A stretch of 64,000 nucleotides of DNA from Alphaproteobacteria bacterium (lineage in GTDB: Bacteria > Pseudomonadota > Alphaproteobacteria > MPNO01 > UBA830): positions 6,016,001-6,080,000 of the forward strand of contig OZ251539.1 of the NCBI GenBank assembly GCA_965243135.1, written 5' to 3'. The first letter of the stretch is position 1; the number at the start of each line of letters is the position of its first letter. The notes under the pieces are model-generated. The model was given only the letters and a program-made list of their open reading frames with translations, was not told the origin of the DNA and made no database searches. Below are positions 60,987 to 64,000 of this stretch, in pieces. The position numbers and the translations under genes are program-made.

Positions 60987-62126
60987 TCAGCGGCCGGGGT
61001 CCCGCAAACGCCACGCGATGAAGGCGCCCAGCGCCATGGCTGCGCCTCCCGTCAGAAAAACCGGAACGTGGCTGTCGGCGCGGGCGAACAGCGCCACGTA
61101 ACCGTACCCTCCCGCCGCCTGGAGGCAGCCGCCGACGACGTTCATGCGCCGCCATACGGTCGGAAACCATTCGCCCGCGAGCTGGCGCGTGCGTCCCGTG
61201 ATGATGGCGGAAAAACCGGGCTGGGCGCCGACGGCAAGCGACGACAGCGCCAGCGCCCACGAGGCCGTCTCCAGCACCGGCAGGGCGACGCCGACGGCCA
61301 GCGCCGAGAACACGAGCACGAGGCCGCCGCGGAAGCCGATCGCGTCGGCGAGCCTGCCCCACAGATAGGTGCCGGCCAGCGCGCCGGCGCCGAAAAGCAC
61401 CCAATGCATGCCGCCGAACTCCACGGTTCGGCCGAGTCCGCGCACGAGGTAATCCACCCAATAGACGGTATGGGGGATCAGCCCGAGCATGAAGAGCGTC
61501 TGCGCGGCGGTCAGCGCCCGCACGATGCGCGCGGCCGGCGCGGGCCCGTTCGCGCCGGTTTCGTCGGCCCGTTCCAGCGAACCGGCTTTCCAGCCCCATA
61601 AACCGACGACCGTGCCCGTCGCGCCGAGCGCCGCAAGTCCGGCCCACGCTGCCGCAAGTCCGCGATCGAGCAGGAACGGCACGAGGGTTCCCGTCAGCAG
61701 GATCGCCGCCCCGACGCCGGCGAACGCGATTCCGGTGGCGGCTCCCAGCCTGTGCGGCGGCGCATGACGCGTGACGACCGCCAGGGCGAGGATCATCATT
61801 GCGCCCATCGCGGCTCCGACCAGGGACCGCCAGAACGCCAGCCAGGCGAAACCCCAGGGCAGGACGCTGGCGGCGAGGCAAAGCAGCGAAATCAGCAGGC
61901 AGAGCCGGAGCCAGAAGATTTCGTTCCGCCTCATGAGCGGCGCCGCCAGAATGCCGCCGAGGAAGAACGCGAGATTGAAGGCGCCCACGGCCCCGGCTTC
62001 CGCCGCCGTCATCTGTCCGGAATTCACCAGAGCGGGAATCATCGGCGCGTAGGAAAAGCGACCGAGCCCCATTCCGACCATCAGCGTCGCGGCCCCGGCG
62101 ACCGACAGGCGCAGCCACGGGCTCAT
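60987..62126 (-). CDS. YbfB/YjiJ-family MFS transporter
   Basis: MVGMGLGRFSYAPMIP N-terminal motif and LADAIG; ATG overlaps the upstream stop. Confidence 0.85.
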   Translation of the reverse strand: MSPWLRLSVAGAATLMVGMGLGRFSYAPMIPALVNSGQMTAAEAGAVGAFNLAFFLGGILAAPLMRRNEIFWLRLCLLISLLCLAASVLPWGFAWLAFWRSLVGAAMGAMMILALAVVTRHAPPHRLGAATGIAFAGVGAAILLTGTLVPFLLDRGLAAAWAGLAALGATGTVVGLWGWKAGSLERADETGANGPAPAARIVRALTAAQTLFMLGLIPHTVYWVDYLVRGLGRTVEFGGMHWVLFGAGALAGTYLWGRLADAIGFRGGLVLVFSALAVGVALPVLETASWALALSSLAVGAQPGFSAIITGRTRQLAGEWFPTVWRRMNVVGGCLQAAGGYGYVALFARADSHVPVFLTGGAAMALGAFIAWRLRDPGR

Positions 62127-63007
62127 TTCTTCGCGCTTCCTGAGCGGTTGCTGCGCAGACCGATGTAGCAGGTGCTCGTGCAGATCATCGTTGCGCCGAG
62201 CCATGTCCAGACGTCCGTGGTCTGGCCGAAAACCAGCCAGCCGAGCAACGCGATCATCGGCATTTGCACGTAGGTGACGATGATGGCGAGGCTCGCGGGA
62301 GCGACGCGGAACGCGCGCGTCTGGCATTGTTGAGCTCCCACCGTGCAGGCGCCGAGCGCCAGCAGCAGAGGAAGGTCTTCGATGCCGGGATCGTTCCAGC
62401 CCCAGACGGCGCCGAGGGCGGCGGGAGGAATCATCAGGGCGTACAGATAGAAGACCATCGCGTTCGGGTTCTCGGTCGCCGTCAGTTTCTTCGTCCCGAT
62501 AAGCGCGGCCGAGAAGGAGGCGGCCGCGAGAACGGTGGCGAGCGCCGGCAACGAGATTTCGATCAGGCCAGGGCGCAGGATGACCAGCGTGCCCGCGAAC
62601 CCCGCCGCGGTCGCCGTCCAGCGATGGACGTCCACGCGCTCGGCCAGCCAGACCGCGGCGAAGACGACCGTGAAGAGGGGCATCGTGAACATCAGGGCGC
62701 CGGCGTCCGCAAGCGGAATGAACGCGATCCCGTACATCCACGCGACGGCGCCCGCATAGCTGAACGCCATGCGCCACAGATAGAGCGGCATGTGGCGCGT
62801 TCGCAACGCTCCGGGTCCGGCCATGAACACCCAGGGCAGCATCATCGCGGATCCGAGCAGCGCTCTGAAGAGGACGAGCTGGTTCGCCGGGAAGCTCTCG
62901 GAAAGCGCGCGAATCACGACGTAGATCAGCGCGTAGAAAGCGCTCGAGAACAGCATCCAGATAATGCCGCGCAGCGAGGCGTTCAGGCTTGGCGGTTGCG
63001 AACGCAT
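62123..63007 (-). CDS. DMT/EamA-family transporter
   Basis: ~10 TM segments, FTMPLF, LAERV..RW and ILRPG. Confidence 0.88.
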   Translation of the reverse strand: MRSQPPSLNASLRGIIWMLFSSAFYALIYVVIRALSESFPANQLVLFRALLGSAMMLPWVFMAGPGALRTRHMPLYLWRMAFSYAGAVAWMYGIAFIPLADAGALMFTMPLFTVVFAAVWLAERVDVHRWTATAAGFAGTLVILRPGLIEISLPALATVLAAASFSAALIGTKKLTATENPNAMVFYLYALMIPPAALGAVWGWNDPGIEDLPLLLALGACTVGAQQCQTRAFRVAPASLAIIVTYVQMPMIALLGWLVFGQTTDVWTWLGATMICTSTCYIGLRSNRSGSAKK

Positions 63008-63070
63008 GCGAATTCCCGGATAGTGGCCGTCGGCTTCGGCGGCGAAACGGAACGACGGAGGAGGCGCTCA

Positions 63071-64000
63071 ATGTCCACCGAACAGCATGGTGCGTCCACT
63101 CCCGCGCCGCGGTCTTATTTCGCGGCCGCGCCCGATTTTCCGGCCGGCGACGATTCTCCGCGCGCGTTCCTGGAACGTTGCATCGAGACGATCGACGCCG
63201 AGGAGACCCTGATCGGCGCTTTCGTCGAGACGGATTTCGAAAAGGCGCGAACGGATGCCGACGCTTCGACGGCGCGATGGTCCTCGGGCCGGCAGTTGTC
63301 CCGGATCGACGGCATGCCGGTCGGAATCAAGGACATCATGGAAACCGCCGATATGCCGACCGCGCAGGGGTCGCCTCTGTTCGAAGGCTGGAACGGCGGT
63401 CGCGACTGCGCCGCGGTCGCGGCGTTGCGCGAGGCCGGCGCCGTAATCCTCGGCAAGACCGTCACGACGGAGTTCGCCGCCACGCATGCGCGAGGGACGC
63501 GCAACCCCTGGGATCCGGATCGCACGCCCGGCGGTTCTTCGAGCGGGTCGGCGGCCGCGGTGGCGGCGGGCATGGCTCCGGCCGCGCTGGGTTCGCAGGT
63601 GATCGGATCCACGATTCGGCCCGCCAGTTATTGCGGGGTGTTCGGGTACAAGCCGAGCGTCGGCGGCATCAACCGCGGCGGCAGCTTCGACGGCTTCAGT
63701 CAGAGTTGCACCGGTCTCATCGCGGCCAGCCTGGACGAGGTCTGGACGGTCGCCCGCGAAATCTCGGTCCGGGCGGGCGGCGATCCGGGGCATGTCGGCA
63801 TCGCCGGTCCGATGCAACTGCCTGCGTCGGCGCGGCCCTCATCGGCGGCGTTTCTCCGGACCGCTGGCTGGGACAAGGCCACCGAAGATGCCAAGGCCGC
63901 GTTGCGCGAAGCGCGGGAGCGGGTCGAGGCGGCCGGCATCCGGGTCGTCGACATGACGACCGCGCCGGGCGTGGCCCTGGTGGAAGAGGCGATCGGCGAC
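63071..64000 (+). CDS. Amidase signature family protein (3' end outside window)
   Basis: Manual translation: GMPVGIKD, GKTVTTEFA, TPGGSSSGSAAAVA and GSTIRPASYCG; GGAGG RBS. Confidence 0.92.
   Translation, partial: MSTEQHGASTPAPRSYFAAAPDFPAGDDSPRAFLERCIETIDAEETLIGAFVETDFEKARTDADASTARWSSGRQLSRIDGMPVGIKDIMETADMPTAQGSPLFEGWNGGRDCAAVAALREAGAVILGKTVTTEFAATHARGTRNPWDPDRTPGGSSSGSAAAVAAGMAPAALGSQVIGSTIRPASYCGVFGYKPSVGGINRGGSFDGFSQSCTGLIAASLDEVWTVAREISVRAGGDPGHVGIAGPMQLPASARPSSAAFLRTAGWDKATEDAKAALREARERVEAAGIRVVDMTTAPGVALVEEAIGD

Overview
GC-rich chromosomal segment that looks alphaproteobacterial (Rhodospirillales-like, inferred from the gene set: IalB-family protein, Omp25-like porin, ccm/acnA linkage). 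The backbone carries a TRAP transporter, secA, rlmN, argG, folD, yggT, tRNA-Ala(CGC), ptrB, a complete system-I cytochrome c maturation cluster, acnA, several MFS/DMT transporters and an amidase. The accessory highlights are: (1) a ~14 kb co-oriented defence island splitting ccmABCDEF from ccmGHI, containing type III Res, small ORFs, a DUF1828-like gene, type III Mod, IetA-like ATPase, IetS-like S8 protease and a RelE-like/UvrD helicase; mod is frameshifted at a G21 tract lying downstream of both methyltransferase motifs and has an AT-rich target-recognition block; (2) a Bcp peroxiredoxin whose catalytic Cys codon is TGA followed by a SECIS-like hairpin, probably a selenoprotein that the ORF track splits; (3) a glutamine-synthetase-like + Rieske dioxygenase (aniline-dioxygenase-type) cluster and a separate LigAB/amidohydrolase/Sir2 operon; (4) three ABC/AAA-ATPase cassettes in different states of decay, an IS630 remnant, and a tyrosine-recombinase remnant whose duplicated flanks bracket an orphan gene. 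All family assignments come from motif recognition by eye, with no database search. No CRISPR array or rRNA was seen.
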